From NCBI GenBank assembly GCA_963695335.1, contig OY968764.1:640001-704000 (forward strand): a stretch of 64,000 bases of DNA, in the 5' to 3' direction. Below are positions 21,947-32,700 of the stretch, piece after piece. The notes beneath the pieces were generated by a model. That model was given only the letters and a program-made list of their open reading frames with translations, made no database searches and had not been told where the DNA came from. Position numbers and translations under genes: made by a program. Position 1 is the first letter of the stretch; the number at the start of each line of letters is the position of its first letter. The stretch comes from an uncultured bacterium (GTDB lineage: Bacteria > Babelota > Babeliae > Babelales > Vermiphilaceae).

Positions 21947-22621
21947 GTGAATAAGAAAAGTGTTATATTAGCGGTCAATTTGATATTGTTTTCCATGTCT
22001 TTTGTATTGCCAAAAAATTTTCAGCAAAAATTAGATAATGTTGTAGCAGAGATTACTACAGAGATTATTCAAGAAAAAAATAATGCCATCATAGAAGCTA
22101 TCTATGCTGCGGATAAAGCAGGTGAATTAGCTCAATTTGCACAAGATAAATATATTGAAATTTTGGAACGCAAAAATGAAGAGTTGCAAGAAAAAAAGGG
22201 TAAGAAATATAATGGGTTTATTGCGGAGCATTCTTGGGAACCTATAGGTACTAACGGCCTTGGTCTTGATGCTCATGGTCTTGAGTTTGCTGAGAGGAAG
22301 GCTGACGATCTTAGCTTTGTTGCCGGAAGTCTTAAATATCTTGGATATGCTTCTTTTATGTATATGTTGTATTTGCCGCTCCAAAACATGTTTACAGAAT
22401 TTAATGCACTTAAATCTAATGCACCTATAAGTATTGCTGATCTTGATAAAGCCGCGTGGGCATTGCAAATGAGGTTATGGTTAAGCACTGCACTTGGATT
22501 TTTGTCTATGATGGGCAGACAAAAAGTTCTCAGAATCCAGCGTGATCGTATAATAGATGCTCTTATTGAAAAAAATCAAACTATTATTGCGCAATTACAA
22601 GAGATTCAGCGGGCAGCTTAG
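21947..22621 (+). CDS. Hypothetical exported/membrane protein
   Basis: AGGGG RBS, GTG start, signal peptide, two hydrophobic segments. Confidence 0.6.
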   Translation: MNKKSVILAVNLILFSMSFVLPKNFQQKLDNVVAEITTEIIQEKNNAIIEAIYAADKAGELAQFAQDKYIEILERKNEELQEKKGKKYNGFIAEHSWEPIGTNGLGLDAHGLEFAERKADDLSFVAGSLKYLGYASFMYMLYLPLQNMFTEFNALKSNAPISIADLDKAAWALQMRLWLSTALGFLSMMGRQKVLRIQRDRIIDALIEKNQTIIAQLQEIQRAA

Positions 22622-22649
22622 GATTAAGTGGCGATAAGCTTTAAAAAGT

Positions 22650-22685
22650 AAGAGAGCGATGGTTTTTGTGCCATCGCTCTTTTTA
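22650..22685 (+). terminator. Intrinsic terminator
   Basis: agagcgatgg/ccatcgctct hairpin plus T run. Confidence 0.75.
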
Positions 22686-22772
22686 ATAGGACTATTCGAA
22701 TTTGCAACGCAATCTTTTTAATATAGGCTATATTTATATACCTTTTTATGTAGTAATTGCCGGCGCAGGGAT

Positions 22773-24335
22773 ATGATAATGAAAAAATTGCCTATTGGTC
22801 TTCAAACGTTTTCTGAATTGATACGTGATAATTATGTATACGTTGATAAAACAAAAATTATTTATGAGCTTATCTCCACAGGAAAATATTACTTTCTTGC
22901 TCGTCCACGTAGATTTGGAAAATCATTACTTGTCTCCACATTAGGGGATATTTTTTCTGGTAATAAAGATCTTTTTAAAGGTCTTGCGATTAGTTCGCTG
23001 CCATACGATTGGAAGCAATATCCTGTTATCAAAATATCTTTTTCCGATATACCATGTTCAACACCAGAAGAATTTAAAAAAGAATTGAGGCATTATTTAT
23101 TGGACATAGCAAAGCATCATAATATTGCTTTAGATGATGGAGATGTTCCTGCGCGAATGTTACGTGAGATAGTAAAACAATTATCCGATAAAAATTTAGT
23201 AGTATTGCTTATCGACGAATATGATTATCCAATTTTGCGCCATCTTCATGAAGGATCTATTGCAGATAAAATGCGAGAGATTCTTAAAGATTTTTATATT
23301 GTCATTAAGGGTCTTGATGAATATTTAAGATTTGTTTTGTTGACAGGAGTAAGTAAGTTTGCAAAAACATCGGTTTTTTCAGGTCTTAATAATTTAGAAG
23401 ATATAAGCTTAGCAGCACAGTACAATGATTTGGCTGGGTATACAAAAAATGAAATATCTATTTATTTTAAAGAACACTTAACTCTTTCTGCTGAAAAGAT
23501 GAAGATATCTTTTGAGCAATTATTTGAAAAAATAACCATATGGTATGATGGTTATCGATTTGCCAAAGATGCTATAGTTACAAAGATATATAATCCTTTC
23601 TCAGTGATGTTGTGTTTAAAAAATAGTGATTTTTCAAATTATTGGTTTGCTACAGGAACTCCAACTTTTTTAATTAATTTACTTAAAGTAAAACAATATC
23701 CATTACAGAGCTTTGAAAGCGTTAAAGCAAGTGAAGGTGAATTGGGCCAGTTTGATATAGAAGATATTGATTTAAAAGTGTTGATGTTTCAAACAGGATA
23801 TTTGTCAATTAAAGCTTATAATCCAGAAACACGTAATTATACTTTGGGGTATGCCAACAAAGAAACAATGGATTCTCTTGCTGAACTTGCTATTAAATCA
23901 ATGAGTGATTTGCCAAGGGCACAGGTATATGAAATTGTTGTTTTGTTGTTAAAAGCTTTTGAGAAGAATGATCTGAAGCAATTGGAAGCTGTTTTGACGG
24001 AGCTTTTTGCATCAGTTCCTTACACTATTCAGATTGGTGAAGAAAAATATTATCAAACTATTTTTTATTTAATTCTCAAGATGGTTGGGGCTGATATCAT
24101 TGTTGAATATCCGACTAATATTGGCCGTCTTGATGCTGTGGTTCAGACAAAAAACAGTTTTTTCATTGTTGAATTTAAGATTAATTCGACTGCTTCAAAA
24201 GCTATTCAGCAAATTGAAGATAAAAAATACTATCAACCGTACTTATCGCGTGGAAAAAATATCATATTGGTTGGCATTGCTTTTGATACTATTATGAAAA
24301 ATGTGAGCTCGATTGAATATAAGACATATAAATAA
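22773..24335 (+). CDS. AAA-ATPase-like domain plus PD-(D/E)XK nuclease protein
   Basis: KKLPIGLQTF, YVDKT, RPRRFGKSL, LIDEYDYP, LTGVSKF, WYDGY, YW..TGTP, GRLD..VEFK. Confidence 0.9.
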   Translation: MIMKKLPIGLQTFSELIRDNYVYVDKTKIIYELISTGKYYFLARPRRFGKSLLVSTLGDIFSGNKDLFKGLAISSLPYDWKQYPVIKISFSDIPCSTPEEFKKELRHYLLDIAKHHNIALDDGDVPARMLREIVKQLSDKNLVVLLIDEYDYPILRHLHEGSIADKMREILKDFYIVIKGLDEYLRFVLLTGVSKFAKTSVFSGLNNLEDISLAAQYNDLAGYTKNEISIYFKEHLTLSAEKMKISFEQLFEKITIWYDGYRFAKDAIVTKIYNPFSVMLCLKNSDFSNYWFATGTPTFLINLLKVKQYPLQSFESVKASEGELGQFDIEDIDLKVLMFQTGYLSIKAYNPETRNYTLGYANKETMDSLAELAIKSMSDLPRAQVYEIVVLLLKAFEKNDLKQLEAVLTELFASVPYTIQIGEEKYYQTIFYLILKMVGADIIVEYPTNIGRLDAVVQTKNSFFIVEFKINSTASKAIQQIEDKKYYQPYLSRGKNIILVGIAFDTIMKNVSSIEYKTYK

Positions 24336-24354
24336 GAGTGTTTTTTTGATGAGT

Positions 24355-24768
24355 TTATTGTTCAGATGGAGTTTCATCACTATTTTTAGAAGGAGGTTTT
24401 TGCAGATAATATGAAAGCATTTTATACGTTATTACTAAAGCGGCAAGTCCGCCAATAATACTCCAAGACCGTACAATATCAGAGTTTCTTCGAGGTATTA
24501 TCGTTGCCCATAGTGGGTCCTCTGACATTGGAAGTATGAATTTTTCTTCGGCTACTATTCTCCCCAAAATAGCTCCAGGGACAATGGACATAGCAGGGAG
24601 CACATAAGAAAGTGTTTTTTTGGGAATGAGGCTTGTGTAAGAAGAGTGGGAGAGTTCGGCCCATCGTGATCTGAGATAATCATATAAGCGCTGACTCATG
24701 CCTGCACAATGGATGGATGATGCAAGTATCAGGCAGCATGCGAGCATTAAAAGAGCTTTGTTTTTCAT
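24355..24768 (-). CDS. Hypothetical exported membrane protein
   Basis: AAGGA RBS, signal peptide, two TM-like segments. Confidence 0.6.
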   Translation of the reverse strand: MKNKALLMLACCLILASSIHCAGMSQRLYDYLRSRWAELSHSSYTSLIPKKTLSYVLPAMSIVPGAILGRIVAEEKFILPMSEDPLWATIIPRRNSDIVRSWSIIGGLAALVITYKMLSYYLQKPPSKNSDETPSEQ

Positions 24769-24807
24769 ATTTTTATCCTTGAATCCCCATTATGGCGCCT
24801 TTGGCGC

Positions 24808-24848
24808 TATTCAATTTGAATATAGAGCATGCGAGTAGATTGATTCAA
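24808..24848 (-). promoter_or_regulatory. Third copy of palindrome TATTCAATTTGAATA with promoter-like hexamers
   Basis: Palindrome 24808-24822; TTGAAT-N18-TATATT on minus strand. Confidence 0.5.
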
Positions 24849-24936
24849 TAGTTTCTTCACTTACCCACAATTTATGGTACATTATATAATAATAGAACTT
24901 TAAGATAGAATTATCCTTTTACAAAAGGGGTTTGTC

Positions 24937-25656
24937 ATGCACGACGAGCACTCACATAAGCACGATCATTCACATGGTCACGATCATAATCATGATCTTC
25001 TTGAGCATAGTATTATTGACGAATTAGTTTGTCATTTGCCATATGCAATTTACTCAGTAGCATTCAGCCTTATCGCTTTGAGTATATATTCCGTTTTTTC
25101 TATGAGCTTGGAGCCAGCAATTGTTAAAAAAGGTTGCAAGGCGCTGTTTCATAGTTTCCACTTTATGCACATTGTTTTTGCGGCAACAGGAACTGTTATA
25201 ACGTTTTGCCGTTTTTCAAAAAATTATGTGCGTGCATTGATTGTTGGTCTTATTTCGCCAACTTTTTTTTGTATCCTTTCTGATGCAGTTTTGCCGTATA
25301 TTGGTGGTAGACTTCTTGGTGTACAAATGCATTTCCATGCATGCTTTTTCACTGAACCAGAACGCGTTATTCCATTTTTAATTGTTGGTGTTATTAACGG
25401 CTTTGTATTGAGTCGTCATCATGCAAGTAAACAGGGTGGGTACTCGTTGAGTTCTCACGCTACGCATATATTTATCAGCTCTTTAGCATCAACGTTTTAT
25501 TTGATGTCTCATGGTTTTACTAACTGGTATACAGCAATCGGTAATGTTTTTGTTTTGATGATCATTGCTGTTGTTGTACCATGTACTTTAGCGGATGTTG
25601 TTGTACCTATGACAATGGCGCGATTGGGTAAAAAACCAAAATCATGCTGTGGTTAA
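24937..25656 (+). CDS. His-rich multi-pass membrane protein (possible metal transport)
   Basis: HDEHSHKHDHSHGHDHNH N-terminus, about 6 TM segments, HSFHFMH. Confidence 0.65.
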   Translation: MHDEHSHKHDHSHGHDHNHDLLEHSIIDELVCHLPYAIYSVAFSLIALSIYSVFSMSLEPAIVKKGCKALFHSFHFMHIVFAATGTVITFCRFSKNYVRALIVGLISPTFFCILSDAVLPYIGGRLLGVQMHFHACFFTEPERVIPFLIVGVINGFVLSRHHASKQGGYSLSSHATHIFISSLASTFYLMSHGFTNWYTAIGNVFVLMIIAVVVPCTLADVVVPMTMARLGKKPKSCCG

Positions 25657-25701
25657 TTTCTGGCATTGAATGAGGCTGAAGCATTAGTTTGAAAGGGGCT
25701 G

Positions 25702-26793
25702 ATGAGAAGTATTCGTTTTGATAAAATTACTAAATCTTATCATGGTGAACTGATTCTTGATAAACTTTCTTTGGAAATACCAGGAGGAACGTTTTTTGCG
25801 TTACTTGGACCAAGTGGAAGTGGAAAAACAACAGTTTTGCGTTTGATTGCCGGTTTAGAGCAGGCAGATTCGGGCTCAATTTTTTTGGGTGACGAAGATA
25901 TCACTCATACGCCTATTTATAAACGTCCTGTTAATACAGTATTTCAGAATTATGCTCTTTTTCCTCACATGAATGTTTTTGATAATGTTGCGTATAGTCT
26001 CTCTGTACGCAACGTTCCAGAAGAGATTATCAAAGAAAAAGTTACTAAAATACTGAACACTGTTGGTCTTGAAAAACATATCTATAAATCTATTCAAAAT
26101 CTTTCCGGCGGACAAAAACAGCGCGTTGCATTAGCACGAGCGATTATTAATGAGCCGGATGTTCTTTTATTAGATGAACCGCTTGCAGCACTTGATTTAA
26201 AGCTTCGTGAAAAAATGTTGATTGAGTTGATTGATCTGCAATCTATTCTTAAAACTACGTTTGTGTATGTTACTCATGATCAATTTGAAGCGTTAACGGT
26301 TGCTGATCACATGGCAATTATGAATGATGATGGTGAGATTGAGCAAATTGGCACGCCTAAAGAAATTTATGAGTTTCCGGTGAGTACATTTGTTGCTGCG
26401 TTTGTAGGGACAACAAATATACTGCAGGGTACATTGCATATTAGTGGTGAGCAATGTCATATTGAATTTGCTGGTCTTGGTAAATTTGAAGTTGCATGTT
26501 CATCAGAAAAAGAATGGATGCGTCATGGTAATAAAGTTTTTATGAGTATTCGTCCTGAAAAAATTGATATCAGCAAAACGCCGTTAACAGGTTTTTCTAA
26601 TGCATTAGAAGGTATTGTGCAATCAATTGTGTATCATGGACGCTCAACGCAATATAATGTTCGCTTGCAAAATGGTGACGTGATGCAAGTGTTTGAGCAA
26701 AATGAAGAGCATTTTCCGCAAGAAAATATTGATTATGATGATTCAGTATTTTTATATTGGCAAAAAGAAAACGTGGTGTTGCTTGAAAAATGA
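25702..26793 (+). CDS. potA: Spermidine/putrescine ABC transporter ATPase
   Basis: GPSGSGKTT, RPVNTVFQNYALFPH, LSGGQKQR, LLLDEP. Confidence 0.92.
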   Translation: MRSIRFDKITKSYHGELILDKLSLEIPGGTFFALLGPSGSGKTTVLRLIAGLEQADSGSIFLGDEDITHTPIYKRPVNTVFQNYALFPHMNVFDNVAYSLSVRNVPEEIIKEKVTKILNTVGLEKHIYKSIQNLSGGQKQRVALARAIINEPDVLLLDEPLAALDLKLREKMLIELIDLQSILKTTFVYVTHDQFEALTVADHMAIMNDDGEIEQIGTPKEIYEFPVSTFVAAFVGTTNILQGTLHISGEQCHIEFAGLGKFEVACSSEKEWMRHGNKVFMSIRPEKIDISKTPLTGFSNALEGIVQSIVYHGRSTQYNVRLQNGDVMQVFEQNEEHFPQENIDYDDSVFLYWQKENVVLLEK

Positions 26794-27674
26794 AAATTAA
26801 AGAAGCAGTTGTTGATTTTTTTACTGAAAACGCGTCGTTTATATTTTTAGTGCCAGCAGTGTTGTGGCAACTATTTTTTTTATATATACCATTTTTGCTT
26901 GTTTTGTATATGAGTTTTCAGTCTGCAGCAGGCATTGTTGGTATAACATTTGATCATTATAAAATTGTTTTAACAAGCCCTTATTTTTATATTATTGGCA
27001 GATCTGTTTTTATTGCATTGTGCACAACATTGTTGTGTCTTATCTGTGCATATCCTGTGGCATATTATTTAGCGCTTAAAGTGGGTAGACGTTGGAAAAA
27101 CGTACTTCTTTTTTTCTTAACGTTGCCATTTTGGACTAATTTTTTAATTCAAATTTATTCGTGGATTTTTGTGCTTGATCAGAATGGTTTGATTAATATG
27201 ATGTTGCTTAAACTGGGTATTATTCAAGAGCCGCTGCACATGATTAATAATACGGGAGCAATTTTTTTTGTGATGCTCTATTATTATCTTCCGTTTATGA
27301 TCATGCCTCTTTATAGTATTTTGGAAAAAATTCAGCATGATATTTTAGAAGCTTCTATGGATTTGGGCGCAACGCATTGGCAAACATTTAAACGTATTAC
27401 ACTTCCTCTTTCTATGTCAGGTATCAAAACGGGAGTGTTTTTGGTATTTGTTCCTGCGTTTGGTGAGTTTGTGATTCCTGCAATTGTTGGCGGTGCGCAT
27501 CACTTGTTTGTTGGATCACTGATTTCTCATTATTTCTTGGTGGCACGAGATAGTCAGTTGGGTGCAGCATTTACGATGGTAAGTGGTTTTGTTCTCTTGG
27601 TATGCGCACTGTTGTTTAATTGGTTTTGTACGGTTCCTCTGCAAAAAGTGCAAAAGAAGGAGCCTATCATATGA
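26790..27674 (+). CDS. potB: Spermidine/putrescine ABC permease
   Basis: LPFWTNFLI, YLPFMIMPLY, EASMDLGA. Confidence 0.9.
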   Translation: MKIKEAVVDFFTENASFIFLVPAVLWQLFFLYIPFLLVLYMSFQSAAGIVGITFDHYKIVLTSPYFYIIGRSVFIALCTTLLCLICAYPVAYYLALKVGRRWKNVLLFFLTLPFWTNFLIQIYSWIFVLDQNGLINMMLLKLGIIQEPLHMINNTGAIFFVMLYYYLPFMIMPLYSILEKIQHDILEASMDLGATHWQTFKRITLPLSMSGIKTGVFLVFVPAFGEFVIPAIVGGAHHLFVGSLISHYFLVARDSQLGAAFTMVSGFVLLVCALLFNWFCTVPLQKVQKKEPII

Positions 27675-28450
27675 GAACGTTTGGATCATATTTTATACCA
27701 ATTACCGTTGCAGGATTATATCTTTTTTTATATATTCCTATTTTTGTTTTGATCGTTTTTTCTTTTAATTCCAATGCATTCACCTGTGCATGGAGTTCGT
27801 TCACCACTCAGTGGTATTATGATCTATTTGCTTCTGCAGAAGTGTGGGATGCTTTGCAAAACTCTTTGATGATTGCATTATCATCTGTCTTTTTAAGTTT
27901 AACAATCGGTTCAAGTTTAATTTTTTTTGGTTCTCGTGATACGGTAAAACGTTTGTTATCATTTTTTTATGGAAGTCTTGCCATGCCAGAAATAGTTTTG
28001 GCTGCTGGGCTCCTTTCATTTTATTCTTTTTTTGCAGTACCTCTTGGTGCAATGACAATTATAGCTGGTCACACGTTGCTTGGTCTTGGGTATGTTATTC
28101 CGATTTTATATGATCGATTTATTGAATTGGATGAAAGTTTAATTGAGGCGTCGTATGATCTTGGTGCAACACAAAGACAAACTTTTTTTTCTATTGTATT
28201 ACCGTTGCTCACTCCAGCACTTATGGCGTCAGGCCTCTTGGTTTTTATTATCTCTTTAGATGATTTTCTTATTTCATTTTTCTGCGCAGGGGCATCAGTA
28301 CAAACCTTGCCACTGTATATTTTTGCGGTCATTCGGACAGGTGCTTCACCAATGATTAATGCATTATCTACAATAATGCTTATCGTGAGCAGTTTATGTG
28401 TAGTTCTTTTTTCTTTTTTACATGTTAGAAAATTGAGGGTCCCTGAATGA
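27671..28450 (+). CDS. potC: Spermidine/putrescine ABC permease
   Basis: LFLYIPI..LIVFSFN, EASYDLGA, SLDDF; ATGA overlap with potB stop. Confidence 0.9.
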   Translation: MRTFGSYFIPITVAGLYLFLYIPIFVLIVFSFNSNAFTCAWSSFTTQWYYDLFASAEVWDALQNSLMIALSSVFLSLTIGSSLIFFGSRDTVKRLLSFFYGSLAMPEIVLAAGLLSFYSFFAVPLGAMTIIAGHTLLGLGYVIPILYDRFIELDESLIEASYDLGATQRQTFFSIVLPLLTPALMASGLLVFIISLDDFLISFFCAGASVQTLPLYIFAVIRTGASPMINALSTIMLIVSSLCVVLFSFLHVRKLRVPE

Positions 28451-29523
28451 ACCATACAACATCAATACGTTTTCTTGCAAAAGCATCTGTTGTTGTTATT
28501 GTTGGCGTACTTATTATAGCGTTTCTTTCTTTGGGACGTCTGACAGAACTGTTCAATCAAGAGAAAAGCATTAATGTTGTGGTGTGGGGACAAATTCTTG
28601 ATAAAGAGTTTTTATCAGATTTTGAACGTGAAACAGGCATACGTGTTAATATGAGTTACATTGAAAGTAATGAAGAACTGCTTGCAAAACTTCATTCAAC
28701 TGAAGCGCATGATTATGATCTTATTATGCCATCTGATTGGGCTGCAGAGTTATTGATTAAAGAAGGTTTGGTTAAAAAGCTTGATCGCAATAAAATAACG
28801 GTGTGGAACGATATTTATCCTACGTTGTGTCATCATTATTTTGATCCACATAATGAATATACCATTCCCTATTTTTGGTCATTCATGGGATTGGGAATAA
28901 ATAGTTCTTATTGGGATGAAGGATCTGTTCCCAAAACATGGGGATTAATTTTTGATGAGCGTATTATGCCAAAACGCATAGGGATGATTGAGAATGCAAG
29001 AGCGCTTGTTTTAATTGCGGCTCTCTATTTATTTGGAGAAATTAGAGCTTTAAATAGTGATGAAGTAGATAAGATAAAAAAACTGTTGGGTCAACAAAAA
29101 TCTCATGTAGAAATTTATACAGATTCTCGCTCTGAGTATATTTTGGCTTCAGGAGCTGTTCCTGTTGGCGTAGTGCTTTCTGGTGATTTATTAAAAATAA
29201 TGAAACGATTTGATAATATTGATTTTGTTATACCAAAAGAAGGCGCATTTGCAGTGATTGATTCTTTTGCTATACCAACAACTACTGAAAAAGATGATCT
29301 TGTGTATCCATTCTTGAATTACCTTTTCCGACCAGATATTGTTGAAAAATATATAGAAAAGTTCGATTTTTTTCCTGCTATAGAATTAGATGTTGCATAC
29401 GATGATGACCGATTCGCTCGATTGACTGAGCCTACTCAAGACCTTTTTAAGAATATACATTTTTTTAAGGATGTTATTTCTAAAGAGGTTGTTAATGATG
29501 TTCTCGTTACTCTGAAAACATAA
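28447..29523 (+). CDS. potD: Polyamine ABC substrate-binding protein
   Basis: FERETGIRV, ESNEELLAKL, YDLIMPSD, IPYFW, PKEG. Confidence 0.9.
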   Translation: MNHTTSIRFLAKASVVVIVGVLIIAFLSLGRLTELFNQEKSINVVVWGQILDKEFLSDFERETGIRVNMSYIESNEELLAKLHSTEAHDYDLIMPSDWAAELLIKEGLVKKLDRNKITVWNDIYPTLCHHYFDPHNEYTIPYFWSFMGLGINSSYWDEGSVPKTWGLIFDERIMPKRIGMIENARALVLIAALYLFGEIRALNSDEVDKIKKLLGQQKSHVEIYTDSRSEYILASGAVPVGVVLSGDLLKIMKRFDNIDFVIPKEGAFAVIDSFAIPTTTEKDDLVYPFLNYLFRPDIVEKYIEKFDFFPAIELDVAYDDDRFARLTEPTQDLFKNIHFFKDVISKEVVNDVLVTLKT

Positions 29524-29716
29524 TATCTTTGCTTATGTCTTTACTTTTGGTTTAGCATTATTTTATTGTTTTATGGTCCAAAAGTTGACATTGTCTGAAA
29601 GTTAACATTATATAAAATAATCAAGGCATGCGTGATATTGGAGGGTCTGTGTAGTAAAAAAATTATGTATTGAGTAATAATGAAGTAGTAGTTGTTTCAA
29701 AAAAAAGGGTGAGTAT

Positions 29717-32700
29717 ATGAAAAGATGCTTTTCTCGTTATCGGTTAGCTCTTTTTGCAATGTCTTTAATCTCTTCTGTTACAATGGCAGATCAGATATGG
29801 AGAGGGCAATTTGGCAAAACATGTGTTGTTGATGAAGATCTTGTTATTAAAGGTGATGTGTTACTTCCATTAGGAGGTAGTCGCATTGAAGCGATTCATA
29901 AAGACGTCACTATTACTTTAACAGAAGATTCAGTAGTAAGGGGTCACTGGGCTGGTGCATCCCAACTTTATTTAATTGCTGCAGAAGGTAGAAAAATTAC
30001 TTTTGTGCTTGATCATAATCTTACGTTCGTAGGATCTTCTCATATTACGGCAGCAGATCTTTTAATGGTTCAAAGTGGTCCTGGTACGGTTGAAGTTGCT
30101 ATCGCAGAAGGCAAAACATTTGAACTTACTGCTCAAGATAGATCTGGCGGTGTTCAATATTATGTGTTGATGTATGGTGGAGCAAATGCTCAGATAGATG
30201 AGTATTGTTGTGATGAATATGGTTTAAAACCATGTGATGAATATGTTTGTGATTCACTATTCTGTAATCCAGATGAATATTGTGAAGAGTATACTACACC
30301 AGGAACTGGTTGTAATGAAAATAGTCTTTTCAGACCAACGTTAAATTTTGTTAATTTAGAACTTTTCCCATTTTCTTGCAATAGAGACCGCAGCGTTGTT
30401 GTTGGTTGCAGATCAATTTTAAGTTTCTTATCTTCTCGTAAGGTTGGTATAGGCCAAGATGCTGGATATATTAATTTCAATCCAGTTATGACAGGCTTAG
30501 GCCGCATGATTTTAGAAATACAAGATACTGGTGCATTCATAGTATCAGGTAGATACACGTGCCAAAGAAATGGTGAATGTATCACATTAGATAATATCAG
30601 ACCGGCGCTTGCTGCTGGATACCAAGCATATTGGACAGTAACAAATGATATGGGTGCTGATGCTGCATCTGGTTTATTAGTTCTTGATAAAAATGAAACA
30701 TTATCAGAATTGCTTGTTGATCCATTCTTAAATCTTCACGCTCGTCAAGATATAACAAATTATCGTGGATTGTTCTGTGGACAACGTTATGGATTAATCT
30801 TGGGCGCCAACGGTATTTTAAATGTAGGTGACCAAGCATATGTTGATTTTGTTGGGCTTGCTCTTAATCAATTACCATGCGTTGTACTTCCAGGCGCAAC
30901 ATGCGCATCATTGAACAGCATGCTTAAACCGCGTAATCCATCTGCATTTATTATTGATGGTAACTTAAATCCAGCTGCAACAGAAGCTCAAATTATATTT
31001 GGTGATAGTGCAGCATTGTTCTTAAGATCAGGTATTGCTGATAATGGCTTTATTCGTGATGAAAATGATGTTGATCCATTTACTATAGATCCTGAATTTA
31101 GAACTGCAGGATTTGGTAATATTGTATTTGATCTTGAAGGTCAATTAAATGTTAACGGTGTTCTTGTAGATGGTGAAATGACAAGTAAAATTGAACTTCT
31201 TTCTCTTGAAGTTCTTCCAACTGGAGGATCTCTTTTTGTAGGTTCTGATGAAACCAATTTCCCTTTCCGTACATTCAATACAGAAGATAATGCATTCTTG
31301 ATGTATAACTGTGGTGCATTCCTTATTAATAATAGAATGAACTTATATGACACAGTGTTGAGTCATAGTGACGAATGTCATAATGTGTATCCAAACAATG
31401 ATCTCAGATCAGAACCAACATATATTGGTGGTGAAACATTCAAACTTTTACATTCTGATGAAAGACCAAATATACGTTTCATCAATGCAGAGCTTGATGT
31501 ACATTCTAATATAGCATTAACTGGTTTAGATTTAGTGGTACCTAATTTTGTTGATGATTTTGGTATCTTACATGCGAACCTTTCTAATTTCACTTTCTTC
31601 TCAAATGGTGCATGTGTTGATAACGGTACTGGTCGCCAAATGATTCTTGGTACTCGTATTGGTTCAACTGCAGCTAATGGATGCACTCGTATTGATGCTG
31701 ATGCGCATTTAAACATCATGGAACAAGATAATGCTATTGCTTCTGATCTTGATCCAGAAGATCCAAATGGTAATCAGACATTAGATCTTTTAAGTGCATT
31801 TAATGATGCAACAATTGTTCCTAATGCTGAAACAAATGTTAACTCTATTCATACAATTTTCTTGGGCGGAACGAGTAACATTTCTATCGGTGTAAATGCT
31901 GATTCAACTGGATTTAATATTGATACTAACCCTTGGTTACGTATCGCAGGTAACGTGTTCTCATTTGAAGCTCGCGGTGGCGCGGCTACTGTTGCACGAA
32001 GTGTTATTACTGGTAAAAATGCTATTTTTGTTGATTTGAATGGTGAAATTAGTATTGAGCTAGGATTTATTGCTGATATGGATGTTATGGTTATTAAAAG
32101 CCATAATGGTATTGTTGATCTTCCTGCAAATCAAGTCTTCTTCACTAAGGGAGCTGCAGTTGCAACATGGAATGTTGATCTCAGAAATCCTGAAGATCAA
32201 ATTATTATTGGACCAGATCAAGAATTACCAACATATGTATTCAATTGGATGCGTGCGAAAAAAGATTGTCCAAATTTTGTACCATTCAGTTGCTGTTCTA
32301 ATGCATGTATGTGTGCATCAGTAACAGATGCAAATATAACTGGATTACCAACAATTCAGGGAACCATTAATGACTTACAAATTCAAGGAACACGTATCGG
32401 TGATCCTGCACAATTCTTGATTGATGGCGGTAATGTTGATCAGTTAACTTTCTCAAGCAGTAATTGCAGTGGCGAAGTTCCAGTTGCTACAATCGTGTTG
32501 CAAAATAATGGAATGGTAAGTCTTGATAGCACAACTACGCTTGGTGTAAATGGTGTTGTTATTATAGCGAATGGCTCTGGACAAGTGAACGTCACGAGTG
32601 ATCTTGTTATTGATAATACATGTGCATTTGTTAAAGGTCCTGATTTTGCATCATGTGATGTATTAGAACTTTACAGTGCAGTACCTCGTCAAATTCTTCT

